Source: Minisyncoccota bacterium (lineage in GTDB: Bacteria; Patescibacteriota; Minisyncoccia; UBA6257; 2-01-FULL-56-20). Taken from it: DNA of 64,000 nt. The stretch is taken from NCBI GenBank assembly GCA_035541435.1, contig DATKNL010000002.1:67962-131961 (forward strand), given 5' to 3'. Shown one piece after another: positions 26,067 to 34,191 of this stretch. Numbering within the stretch: position 1 is the stretch's first letter; every line of letters begins with the position of its first letter. A program made the position numbers and the translations under genes. The notes beneath the pieces are model-generated. The model did not search any database. It was not told where the DNA came from and worked only from the letters and a program-made list of their open reading frames with translations.

Positions 26067-27122
26067 TCAGGCCGGCCCCGTGCCGGTTTTTTTGCGCAAA
26101 ATGACGAACGGCGTCATCTCGTCGGACTGCCCTGCCGGATTGTCGCGGAACGCCCGCATGATGAACGGTTCCGTGATCGCGCGCGACGTCTTGCCGAGTG
26201 AGAACGCGCCGCGGTAGTTCGCGTCGACGATCACCGCCTCGCAGCCGAACCGCTCCCTAATCGCGCGCGCGACGCCGTCCGGGTCGAGCGGGGCGAGCTT
26301 CGCCGCGTGGGCGTACTCGAGAATGAGGAACGACATCGGGCAGTCGATCGACTTCGCGCGCTTGCCGCAGATGCGATAGAACATGCCGCGGATGCCGAGC
26401 GGCCGCGTCACCGCCGCGACGGCCGCGGCGAAGAGCACGCGCGGATAGCCGGCCTCCTCGATGAACAGCTGCATGGCGATCGACGTGCCGTGGCCGAAGC
26501 CGCGGAAGTCCGCCGAACCATAGGCGTTGCCGATGTTACGGGCGAGGAACCGCGCGAGGCCGGTCGGCCTGATCGTCCCGATGTCGACGACGCGCTGCTG
26601 CACGATGCAGACGGCCTTCTCGCTCACGAAAAGGATGTCGCCAGGCCTGAGGTGCGGGCCCGCATAGTTCGCGATGATCGGCATGAGGTCCGTGTCGTCC
26701 ATCGTGATGAGCCGCGTGCGCACGGGCAGGCGCTCGTAGGTCATGCCGTCAACGTCGATCTCGATCGTCTTGCCGGGGTTCGGCGCGAGCTCCGCCGACG
26801 GCTTCACCTCTTTTGCCGGCGCGCGGTCATAGGTGACGCGCTCGCCGCGGAAGGCGGCGAAAAGCTTCTCGACAAGCGGACGGATCGCATCGAATCCTTC
26901 GCCGAGCTTCGCGCGCGACCGCAGAAGCTCGGTCGCCTCCATATAAAGGATGTGCGCCTCGTCGACGCGGTCCGGCCCGAACGAGGCCTCGGCGATGACG
27001 GCGCCGTCGCCTTTCGCGGCCTTCAGGGTGACTCGGCCGCTCCCCACGGGATCATACGCGATCGCGATCCCCGTTCCCGCAAGCATGTCGTCATACGCGA
27101 GCTGTCGCTCCTTGAAGGGCAT
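26067..27122 (-). CDS. CofE-like (F420-0:L-glutamate ligase family) protein with N-terminal extension
   Basis: PVRTRLIT, GDILFVSEKAV, SIDCP, VIVDAN, DNPAGQSDEMTPFVILR. Confidence 0.8.
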   Translation of the reverse strand: MPFKERQLAYDDMLAGTGIAIAYDPVGSGRVTLKAAKGDGAVIAEASFGPDRVDEAHILYMEATELLRSRAKLGEGFDAIRPLVEKLFAAFRGERVTYDRAPAKEVKPSAELAPNPGKTIEIDVDGMTYERLPVRTRLITMDDTDLMPIIANYAGPHLRPGDILFVSEKAVCIVQQRVVDIGTIRPTGLARFLARNIGNAYGSADFRGFGHGTSIAMQLFIEEAGYPRVLFAAAVAAVTRPLGIRGMFYRICGKRAKSIDCPMSFLILEYAHAAKLAPLDPDGVARAIRERFGCEAVIVDANYRGAFSLGKTSRAITEPFIMRAFRDNPAGQSDEMTPFVILRKKTGTGPA

Positions 27123-27125
27123 TTT

Positions 27126-27154
27126 TTGACTGTATCATTAAAGCTTTATAAAAT
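27126..27154 (+). promoter_or_regulatory. Overlapping divergent promoters (panD / CofE-like)
   Basis: Plus strand TTGACT-17-TAAAAT, 6 nt before the panD ATG; minus strand TGA-TACAGT, 6 nt before the CofE-like ATG. Confidence 0.6.
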
Positions 27155-27160
27155 GAACCC

Positions 27161-27544
27161 ATGCTCATCCGCGCCTGCATGGCGAAAATCCACCGCGCGA
27201 CCGTGACCCAGGCCGACCTCAACTATGTCGGCTCCGTCACGATCGACCAGGACCTCCTCGACGCGAGCGGCCTCGTTCCCTATCAGATGGTGAACATCAA
27301 CAACCTCGCGAACGGGACCTTCTGGCAGACCTATGTGATTCCCGGCAAGCGGGGTCAGGGAACGATCTGCCTCAACGGCCCGCCGGCGCGCCACTTCCAG
27401 CCCGGCGACAAGGTGATCATCATCGGCGAAGCCTATCTCGAGCCGAGCGAGCTCGGCAGCCTGAATCCCGTCGTCGTTTTCGTCGACGACAGAAACAAGG
27501 TGACGAAGATCGAGAAGCACAACGCGCTCGAAGTGGCGGAATAG
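27161..27544 (+). CDS. panD: Aspartate 1-decarboxylase
   Basis: KIHRATVTQADLNYVG|SVTID self-cleavage site, TYVI, ICLNG.AR, GDKVII. Confidence 0.93.
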   Translation: MLIRACMAKIHRATVTQADLNYVGSVTIDQDLLDASGLVPYQMVNINNLANGTFWQTYVIPGKRGQGTICLNGPPARHFQPGDKVIIIGEAYLEPSELGSLNPVVVFVDDRNKVTKIEKHNALEVAE

Positions 27545-27567
27545 GACCGGATTAGGACGGACCAGCG

Positions 27568-27602
27568 AATAAGAAACGGCCGTTGCGCATGACGCAACGG
27601 CC
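27568..27602 (-). terminator. Intrinsic terminator
   Basis: GGCCGTTGCG-5 nt-CGCAACGGCC with a T-rich tail on the minus strand. Confidence 0.65.
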
Positions 27603-27619
27603 TTGTTGATTGACGGCGA

Positions 27620-28669
27620 CTACGAGAAGAGTTCCCAGGAGAACGGCGGCACGAACCATTCCGGCTTCGTGTGGAACGGGACGTTCGCCATGAAGCGGTC
27701 CCCATAGGCCCGGGACCCGTCCGGAAACACCATGAGCACCCGCACCCGGCCGTCGTTGTGACGATGGCTGTCGAGGCGCCCCGCGAGCTTCTCCCCGGCG
27801 AGGAACCGGTTCGCCGCGACGCGGACCATGCCGCTGCTCGGGCCGCCGGTGACGCCGCCGAACCGGTGGTCGATCGCAGCCAGACGGTAGCAGGGGTCTT
27901 TCGGGACCTCGACCACCTGATTGACGGCCTTCTCCCACGGCAGCGAGACCTCCTTCATGCGGGCGCGGTCGCGCACGCCGGGGACCTCCTCGCCATCCTC
28001 GAGCAGCGCACCGACGACCGTGACGTTATTATCCCCCAGCTGCTGTTTGAAGAACCGGCTGAGACCGATGACCGTCCCTCCGGTGCCGATGTCGGCCACC
28101 AGGACGTCGATCGACTTCTCGGGCAGCTCTTCGAAAACGGCGGGACCGGTCAGGAATTCATGGATGCGGTAGCCGGCGGGGTTTGCGTATTGGTCGAGGT
28201 TTCGGGCAACGCCCTCTTTGTGCATGGCGCGGGCGGTCGCAATGCCGCTCATGCCAGGCCGCGGATGGATGATCTCCGCCCCCGTAAGGACGAGCGGATC
28301 GCGCTTGCCATCGGGGAGGTCGCTGTTCACGACGAGGATGACGCCTGGGGCGTTGAACGGGTGCGCGACACCGAGATAGCCGAGCGCGATCCCGGTATTC
28401 CCAGAGGTCGCCTCGACCAACGGCTTGTCGGAGAGGTCGATCTCCCGGTCTTTGGCGTCCACGAGCAGGCCTAAGACCGTCAGGAATTTTATGTTTTCGT
28501 ACGGCAACCGGTACATGATCGCCGCATAAAGGTCCACGCCGTCGCTATAGAACGGGTTGAGGATCGGCGGAATTTCCCAGATCGGAATGTCGAGGGACCA
28601 TGCGTCCACCTTTGGAGAGGTGGTCCGGCTATCGAGGTACCGATCGAGATACAGGTTGCGGATTGCCAC
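27620..28669 (-). CDS. Divergent PLP-dependent cysteine synthase-family enzyme
   Basis: EATSGNTGIALG, LDQYANP, DIGTGGT, GPSSG; probable PLP lysine in ENIKF; GTG start at 28669 after AAGGAG. Confidence 0.8.
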   Translation of the reverse strand: MAIRNLYLDRYLDSRTTSPKVDAWSLDIPIWEIPPILNPFYSDGVDLYAAIMYRLPYENIKFLTVLGLLVDAKDREIDLSDKPLVEATSGNTGIALGYLGVAHPFNAPGVILVVNSDLPDGKRDPLVLTGAEIIHPRPGMSGIATARAMHKEGVARNLDQYANPAGYRIHEFLTGPAVFEELPEKSIDVLVADIGTGGTVIGLSRFFKQQLGDNNVTVVGALLEDGEEVPGVRDRARMKEVSLPWEKAVNQVVEVPKDPCYRLAAIDHRFGGVTGGPSSGMVRVAANRFLAGEKLAGRLDSHRHNDGRVRVLMVFPDGSRAYGDRFMANVPFHTKPEWFVPPFSWELFS

Positions 28670-28772
28670 GGCAGCTCCTTTCGTAATCGAACTCATAACA
28701 ATGCTGCAGCTGCGGCAATCATAGCCCCGGCGCCCCGAAATCGCAACCGTCCCGCCGGCTGCCTGGGGCGGC

Positions 28773-29873
28773 CTATCTGAGCGCAAGGAACGCCTGCAGA
28801 TAATCGACGGCGATGCCGCCATAAGAGGCGTCGTTCGCAAAGGCGCCATCGATGGCGGCCGTCGCGCCATAGAGGTCGTCCTTCGACATGCCGAAGAAGG
28901 TAATCGAGCGCGGCGAGACGTCGCCCGCCTCCTGCGCCACGATCACCTGCACGCCCGTGCCGTCGGCGGCCCGCACCTCGTCGCCCGCGAGCGCCACCGA
29001 TCCCCCGCCGCCCGTCACCACGTTGCGGTACGCGAGCACCATCACGCGGCCGCTGCCGGCGGGCAGCGCGCCGAGCGCGCGGACGACGTGATTGAACGGA
29101 TAGTCTGCCACGCCGCCGATCACGATCTTCGGAACCGTCCCGTGATCCGACGAATAGAAATACGGGACGATCATCGTAAGCGGCAGCGGCGCCGAGGACG
29201 AGGCCGTGGACGATGCCGCAGCCGCCTGGTCGCGCGAGACGAGGTTCCTCACGAGGCCGACATAGTCGGCAAGCACCGTCGCGGGATCGGTCGCGTAATC
29301 AGGCAGCGAGTAGGACTCGACGTCGAACTGCACGCCGCGGAACTTGCCGTCATGCGTCGCGTTGAACGATTGGACGAAGCTCATGACCGCATACGGCTGC
29401 CAATAATACTGCGGCTCGCCCCAGTCGATCTCGCCCGCCTCGGCGTCGACCGCGATGCCGCGCTGGTGCGCGATCGAGATGAACTCATAGAGCGCGTTCG
29501 AGAACCGTGCGAACGCGGCCTGCTTCGCCGCGCCGGCACGCAGGTTGTAGATGTTGAGGTAAGGATCGATCGAAAGGTAGATCGCGTTGAAATGGCTGTC
29601 AGCCGCATCGTCAACGATCTGCTGCATCGTCGACGTGGGCATCTGCGCTATGGGGTTCCAGACCCACGTGCCGATCTCTTTGTTGGTCATCACGCCGAAC
29701 GGGGTCGACGTGGGCGCGGGCGGCCCGGACGGGGTCGACGTCGCGCCGCTGCTGCCGATGCCCGGTACGGCCTGGTTGCGCGGGGCGACAAGCAGCGTCA
29801 AAAGGACGGCAAGGACGGCTACGCCCACGAGAGCAAGCTTGCCCCGGCTAACGGTGAATCGGCCCATCTGCAT
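28773..29873 (-). CDS. Membrane-anchored putative glycoside hydrolase-like TIM-barrel protein
   Basis: N-terminal TM, Pro/Thr linker, TWVWN, IAVDAEAG, FRGVQFDVESY (DxE), VLAYRN, AQE. Confidence 0.65.
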   Translation of the reverse strand: MQMGRFTVSRGKLALVGVAVLAVLLTLLVAPRNQAVPGIGSSGATSTPSGPPAPTSTPFGVMTNKEIGTWVWNPIAQMPTSTMQQIVDDAADSHFNAIYLSIDPYLNIYNLRAGAAKQAAFARFSNALYEFISIAHQRGIAVDAEAGEIDWGEPQYYWQPYAVMSFVQSFNATHDGKFRGVQFDVESYSLPDYATDPATVLADYVGLVRNLVSRDQAAAASSTASSSAPLPLTMIVPYFYSSDHGTVPKIVIGGVADYPFNHVVRALGALPAGSGRVMVLAYRNVVTGGGGSVALAGDEVRAADGTGVQVIVAQEAGDVSPRSITFFGMSKDDLYGATAAIDGAFANDASYGGIAVDYLQAFLALR

Positions 29874-30165
29874 AGGGTGGTTGGTATGGAACCATTATAC
29901 GGAATGCGTCCGCCGGCCCGGATTCAGATCTGAAATAAATACCCCGGACGGTTGTATTAAGGGAAGTCAGGCAGCAGCTCGCTCCCTAGCGGATTCGTCC
30001 CCGCTATCGCTGCGTTTTTGGCGCCTGTGATCCTCATAAAATAACCATCAACCTCATGTAAGATCGATCTGGAGAAGGCCGAGCGCTTGGCCAAATGACC
30101 GCCTTGCTGTCGAGCAGGGACGTGGCGCCCGGTCGCGACCTCGCAACTAACCAGACCCCTACTAT

Positions 30166-31632
30166 ATGAATTTCAGCGTTCAGGGAAGCCGCGGGCGGCA
30201 ATTCCTCACCGCCGCATTCGCCGCGCTCCTCATCGGAGCGACCGGCGCAACCGCAGCCTCCTTTGTCAGCGTTCCTTCCCCTCTTACGGCCAGCATCGCA
30301 AGCGCCGCGGCAGCGACGCCCTGCATGCCGAGCCTCACCCTGCAGACCACGAGCGGCAACGCGTATCAGGGTACGTCCATGAGCTATCTCATCACGGCCG
30401 TGAATTCCGGTGGCATCGCATGCACCAACACGGTCGTCACCCTCTATTACGCAGCCAACGAGCACTTTGGTTCGTCATCGCCGTCACCGGCTCCCGGCAG
30501 TTACTATTGGAACATCGGGACCATGGCGACCGGATCGCATGAAAGCATCCGGCTCGTGACCAACCGCAACGCGGACCTCGCCTCGGGCCAGCTCACCGAC
30601 GCCGCATGCGTGGGAGCCTCGAACGGGACCCGCACCTGCGGCCACACCGCGCCGGTCGCCGGACCGACGGTGGTCGTCCAGGCAGGACCCGTGCAGCCCG
30701 CTCCCGCTCCCGTTCATGTCACCGCCCCCGCTTCGGCGCCAGCGCCGTCGTCGGTCGCCCAGCCCGCAGTCGCCCTTCCCGGATCGTCCGAGAGCGGCGT
30801 CTGGGAATGGACCTCGGCCTATGGCATGACGCCCTCAGCGGCCCAGCAGATCGTGAACAACGCGTCGGCAGGCGGGTTCAACGTGATCTATGAGACCGTT
30901 GACTCGTCGTTCAACCTGAGCGGCACCGCCCTCGCGAACTACGAATCGTCCCTCAACACGCTCCTCACCCTCGCCGCAGAGAAAGGCATCGCGGTCGATG
31001 CCGAAGCCGGCGCAAGCGACTGGGCCCTCGCGGGCGGATGGAGCAAGCCCGAAGCCATCGTGAGCTTCGTCGCGAACTACAACCAGTCGCACGCGGTCAA
31101 GTTCCGCGGCGTGCAGTTCGACATCGAGCCCTACACGCTCGCCCAATACGCCTCGAGCCCCGCAAGCGTGCTCACGAGCTACGTACAGATGGTCGAAGCG
31201 GTCACGAACGTCGACCGCACTTATGGCCTCCCGCTCGGGTTCGACGTCCCGTTCTTCTATACGGCACCGACAGGCGCCCCTCAGGTCACGGTTGACGGCA
31301 TTACGACCTATCCGATCAACCATCTCGTGCGGCTCCTCAACACCCTGCCGAACGGCCGCCTGCTCGTGATGTCCTATCGCAACACCGCTGCCGGGTCGAA
31401 CGGAACCGTCGCCATCGCGACGCCCGAAATCCAGGCAGCGAACGGCACCAACGTGAAAGTGATCGTCGGACAGGAAACGAGCAACGTCACGCCGAGCTAC
31501 ATCACCTTCTATGGCATGACGAAGGCGCAGATGGCGACGCAGGTTGCCGCAGTCCGGCAGTCGCTCGCCTCGAACCCGTCCTTCGGCGGCATGGCGACCC
31601 ACTACCTCGAGACCTATATGCAGCTCCCCTAA
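30166..31632 (+). CDS. Secreted protein: Ig/DUF11-like domain, Pro/Ala linker, glycoside hydrolase-like TIM barrel
   Basis: Signal peptide; C-terminal domain paralogous to 28773-29873 (VWEW, IAVDAEAG, FRGVQFDIEPY, MSYRN, ITFYGM). Confidence 0.7.
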   Translation: MNFSVQGSRGRQFLTAAFAALLIGATGATAASFVSVPSPLTASIASAAAATPCMPSLTLQTTSGNAYQGTSMSYLITAVNSGGIACTNTVVTLYYAANEHFGSSSPSPAPGSYYWNIGTMATGSHESIRLVTNRNADLASGQLTDAACVGASNGTRTCGHTAPVAGPTVVVQAGPVQPAPAPVHVTAPASAPAPSSVAQPAVALPGSSESGVWEWTSAYGMTPSAAQQIVNNASAGGFNVIYETVDSSFNLSGTALANYESSLNTLLTLAAEKGIAVDAEAGASDWALAGGWSKPEAIVSFVANYNQSHAVKFRGVQFDIEPYTLAQYASSPASVLTSYVQMVEAVTNVDRTYGLPLGFDVPFFYTAPTGAPQVTVDGITTYPINHLVRLLNTLPNGRLLVMSYRNTAAGSNGTVAIATPEIQAANGTNVKVIVGQETSNVTPSYITFYGMTKAQMATQVAAVRQSLASNPSFGGMATHYLETYMQLP

Positions 31633-31671
31633 GCTGCACCCTAAAAGAAACCTTTTCTCGGCTGAAACCCG

Positions 31672-31697
31672 AAAACCGCCCCAAAAGGGCGGTTTTT
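31672..31697 (+). terminator. Intrinsic terminator
   Basis: AAAACCGCCC-caaaa-GGGCGGTTTTT. Confidence 0.8.
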
Positions 31698-31722
31698 GGC
31701 TAATAGCCTGCTTTGTTTATGG

Positions 31723-31754
31723 TACCTTGACAGAAAAAGGTAGCTTGCTAAAAT
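31723..31754 (+). promoter_or_regulatory. padR promoter with palindromic operator
   Basis: TTGACA-16-TAAAAT; TACCTT-N8-AAGGTA inverted repeat overlapping the -35. Confidence 0.65.
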
Positions 31755-31760
31755 AGAATT

Positions 31761-32078
31761 ATGGAAACGAAAGACAAGTTCGATCCGATCCGTAAGGGTC
31801 TTCTGGAATTCGTGGTGTTGCGGGTGATCGCGAGCCGAAAGGTCTATGCCGCCGACATCCTGAAGATCCTCGACTCCACGGAATTCGGCACGCAGGAAGG
31901 CACGCTCTATCCCCTGCTCTCGCGCCTGCGCCGGGAAGGGCTCGTGGAATATGAATGGATCGAGTCGGACGCCGGTCCGCCGCGCAAGTACTACCGCCTG
32001 ACGGCGAAAGGCGACGAGCAGCGAAAGGTCCTTGAGCGGTATTGGGACGATCTCACCGCAACCATAAAAAACCTATGA
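31761..32078 (+). CDS. PadR-family transcriptional regulator
   Basis: RKGLLEFVVL, EGTLYPLLSRL, GPPRKYYRLT. Confidence 0.92.
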   Translation: METKDKFDPIRKGLLEFVVLRVIASRKVYAADILKILDSTEFGTQEGTLYPLLSRLRREGLVEYEWIESDAGPPRKYYRLTAKGDEQRKVLERYWDDLTATIKNL

Positions 32079-33208
32079 ACAAAGTCATCACCATCAATCT
32101 GAACGGACGCGCCTATCAGCTCGAAGAGGCCGGCTATGAGACCCTGCGCGCCTATCTCGACCAGGCGGCCGCGAAGCTACAGGGCAATCCCGACAAGGAC
32201 GAGATCATGGCCGACTTCGAGCAGGCCATCGCCGACAAGTGCGATGCCTATCTCGGCAGCCACAAGAACGTCATCGGCGCGGCGGAAATCGACGAGATCA
32301 TCAAGAAGATGGGGCCGGTCGACGCGGGCGGCGGCGAACGCGCGGCGGCCGATGCGCCGAACGCCGGGCGGGCGGGCGGCACGCTGCCGCCGAAGCGGCT
32401 GTTCCAGATCCGTGAAGGCGCCTGGATCTCGGGCGTCTGCAACGGCCTCGCCGCCTATTTCAACGTCGACGTCGCGCTCGTGCGGATCCTCTTCGTGCTG
32501 CTCGGCATCCTGACGCACGGGTTCGGCGTCGCGGCCTATGTGATCCTCATGATTCTCATGCCGGTCGCCCGCACGGACGACGACCTTGCCGCGGCGCGGG
32601 GCGTGAAGCCCCTCAACGCGCACGACTTCATCGAGCAGGCGAAGTCGCGCTATGCGGACTTCGAGCGGGAATTCGCCAAGCGCCCCGAACAGCCCGACGC
32701 GATGGCTGGCCGCGAGGCATGGCACAAGTGGCGCGACGACATGAAGGCGTGGCGGCGGGAATGGAAGGCCGACATGCGGCGTGAGCGCGGCATGCGGCGC
32801 GCCGAGATGCACGCGCACCGGCACGAGCTCCACGAGCAGTACGGGATGGGATTCTTCCGCTTTGTCGTCGGCGTCATCCTCGTCTTCCTGTTTGCCGCCT
32901 GGATCATGGCCCTTGTCTCGGTCGTGAGCCACGGCACCGCGTTCGGCTTCGCCCTCGCGGCGGGCCATCCGCTCTGGGTGCCCATCGTGTTCCTCTGCGC
33001 CCTCTTCTATGTGGTGGCCGCCCCGTTCAGGCTGCTCATGCGGAACGCGCGGCCCTGGCGCCGGCGCCATTACAGCGCGTTCATCGACATCGTCGAGTCG
33101 CTCTTCTTCATCTTCGCCCTCTATCTGCTCGCCTATACCGCCGGGATGATGTTCCCGAGCGTGAACGAGGCGCTTTCGACGGCCTGGAACTATCTGCGGT
33201 CGGTCTAG
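32075..33208 (+). CDS. PspC-domain membrane protein
   Basis: MNKVITINLNG start overlapping the padR stop; KRLFQ....ISGVCNGLAAYFNVD PspC motif; TM helices. Confidence 0.88.
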   Translation: MNKVITINLNGRAYQLEEAGYETLRAYLDQAAAKLQGNPDKDEIMADFEQAIADKCDAYLGSHKNVIGAAEIDEIIKKMGPVDAGGGERAAADAPNAGRAGGTLPPKRLFQIREGAWISGVCNGLAAYFNVDVALVRILFVLLGILTHGFGVAAYVILMILMPVARTDDDLAAARGVKPLNAHDFIEQAKSRYADFEREFAKRPEQPDAMAGREAWHKWRDDMKAWRREWKADMRRERGMRRAEMHAHRHELHEQYGMGFFRFVVGVILVFLFAAWIMALVSVVSHGTAFGFALAAGHPLWVPIVFLCALFYVVAAPFRLLMRNARPWRRRHYSAFIDIVESLFFIFALYLLAYTAGMMFPSVNEALSTAWNYLRSV

Positions 33209-33215
33209 GCCGAGG

Positions 33216-33485
33216 CTATGCGATCCTGAAGCCGGTGAACTTGCCCCGTGCTTCGGACCACGTCTCGTCCAGCTTCGTGACTTTCGCCGTGATCGGGCCC
33301 TTCCTGCACCATTCCAAAAATTCCTTGAGCGCGTCCTCGTCCCCTTCGGCTTCGATATAGACGCTTCCGTCGGGTTCGTTCATGACGAAACCGGCGATGT
33401 GGAGCTTGCGCGCGACCCAATAGGCCGACATGCGATAGCCGACGCCCTGCACGTCGCCGCTGATCTTCATCGTGAGGTTCTTCAC
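33216..33485 (-). CDS. acyP: Acylphosphatase
   Basis: GDVQGVGYR, GFVMNEPDGSV, GP..AKV; probable GTG start at 33485. Confidence 0.9.
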   Translation of the reverse strand: MKNLTMKISGDVQGVGYRMSAYWVARKLHIAGFVMNEPDGSVYIEAEGDEDALKEFLEWCRKGPITAKVTKLDETWSEARGKFTGFRIA

Positions 33486-33514
33486 GACCTCATTATGGCA
33501 CAAATCCCGCAACG

Positions 33515-33538
33515 AAAAAGCGGCCCTTCGCGGGCCGC
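33515..33538 (-). terminator. Intrinsic terminator
   Basis: GCGGCCC/GGGCCGC stem with a T5 tail on the minus strand. Confidence 0.7.
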
Positions 33539-33569
33539 CGTTCCTTATCGATCGGGCTGACGCGGGCCG

Positions 33570-33782
33570 CTAGCCCATATCAGGCGTCTCGTCCCACTTC
33601 TTATTGAAGTCGGCGGACCACTTCGCGGTCTCCGCCTGGGGCATGGCCTTGATCTGCTCGGCCATCTCGGGATGGGCTTCCTCGACATGCTTCATGCCGT
33701 TCTGCATGAGCTCCTCGGGATTGCTTCCGGTGAGGACGGCCTCGCACGGACCTCCCATCTGGGCGCAGGTCATCTGTTTCAT
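33570..33782 (-). CDS. DUF1059-like small metal-binding protein
   Basis: C...GGPC......EEL.....HVEEAH pattern. Confidence 0.75.
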   Translation of the reverse strand: MKQMTCAQMGGPCEAVLTGSNPEELMQNGMKHVEEAHPEMAEQIKAMPQAETAKWSADFNKKWDETPDMG

Positions 33783-33833
33783 TGGCGTATGTGCGTTAGG
33801 TTTGTTTGCTCTCGGTCGACCTGTTCTCTCGCC

Positions 33834-34190
33834 TCATAACTCTATCATATCGAAGGCTATGATCCCGTATCGGCGGATCTTCTCGCGGTAGCCGGGATAG
33901 CCGCGGTAGATAGTACGCATTTCGCCGAGGGAACGCACCGCCGGCATGACGCGCCTCACGGGAACCGCCTTCGCAAGCGCGCCGACCGTCCTGAATACCC
34001 TGACCCGGGCTATCTTCCTTCGCAGCCGCCCGCGGCCGCACGTGAACACGAGCACGTCACCCTTCCGGATCGCCCGGTATCTCGGCGTCGCGGCGCGGGT
34101 CTCGACCGTCTTCAGGCCATCGCGGATGTCGATGAACATGCCGCGGTCCTCGGCGCGGAGCCGCAGGGTCCATTCCTTGGGGTTCGTCAT
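33834..34190 (-). CDS. ASCH-domain protein
   Basis: IRDGLKTVETR, IRKGDVLVF, YGIIAF. Confidence 0.85.
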   Translation of the reverse strand: MTNPKEWTLRLRAEDRGMFIDIRDGLKTVETRAATPRYRAIRKGDVLVFTCGRGRLRRKIARVRVFRTVGALAKAVPVRRVMPAVRSLGEMRTIYRGYPGYREKIRRYGIIAFDMIEL

Positions 34191-34191
34191 G

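Noticed and set aside
30068-30155. Glycine riboswitch (starts TCTGGAGA plus hairpin)
   Set aside because: Lacks the conserved CCGAAG and CTCTCAGG elements.
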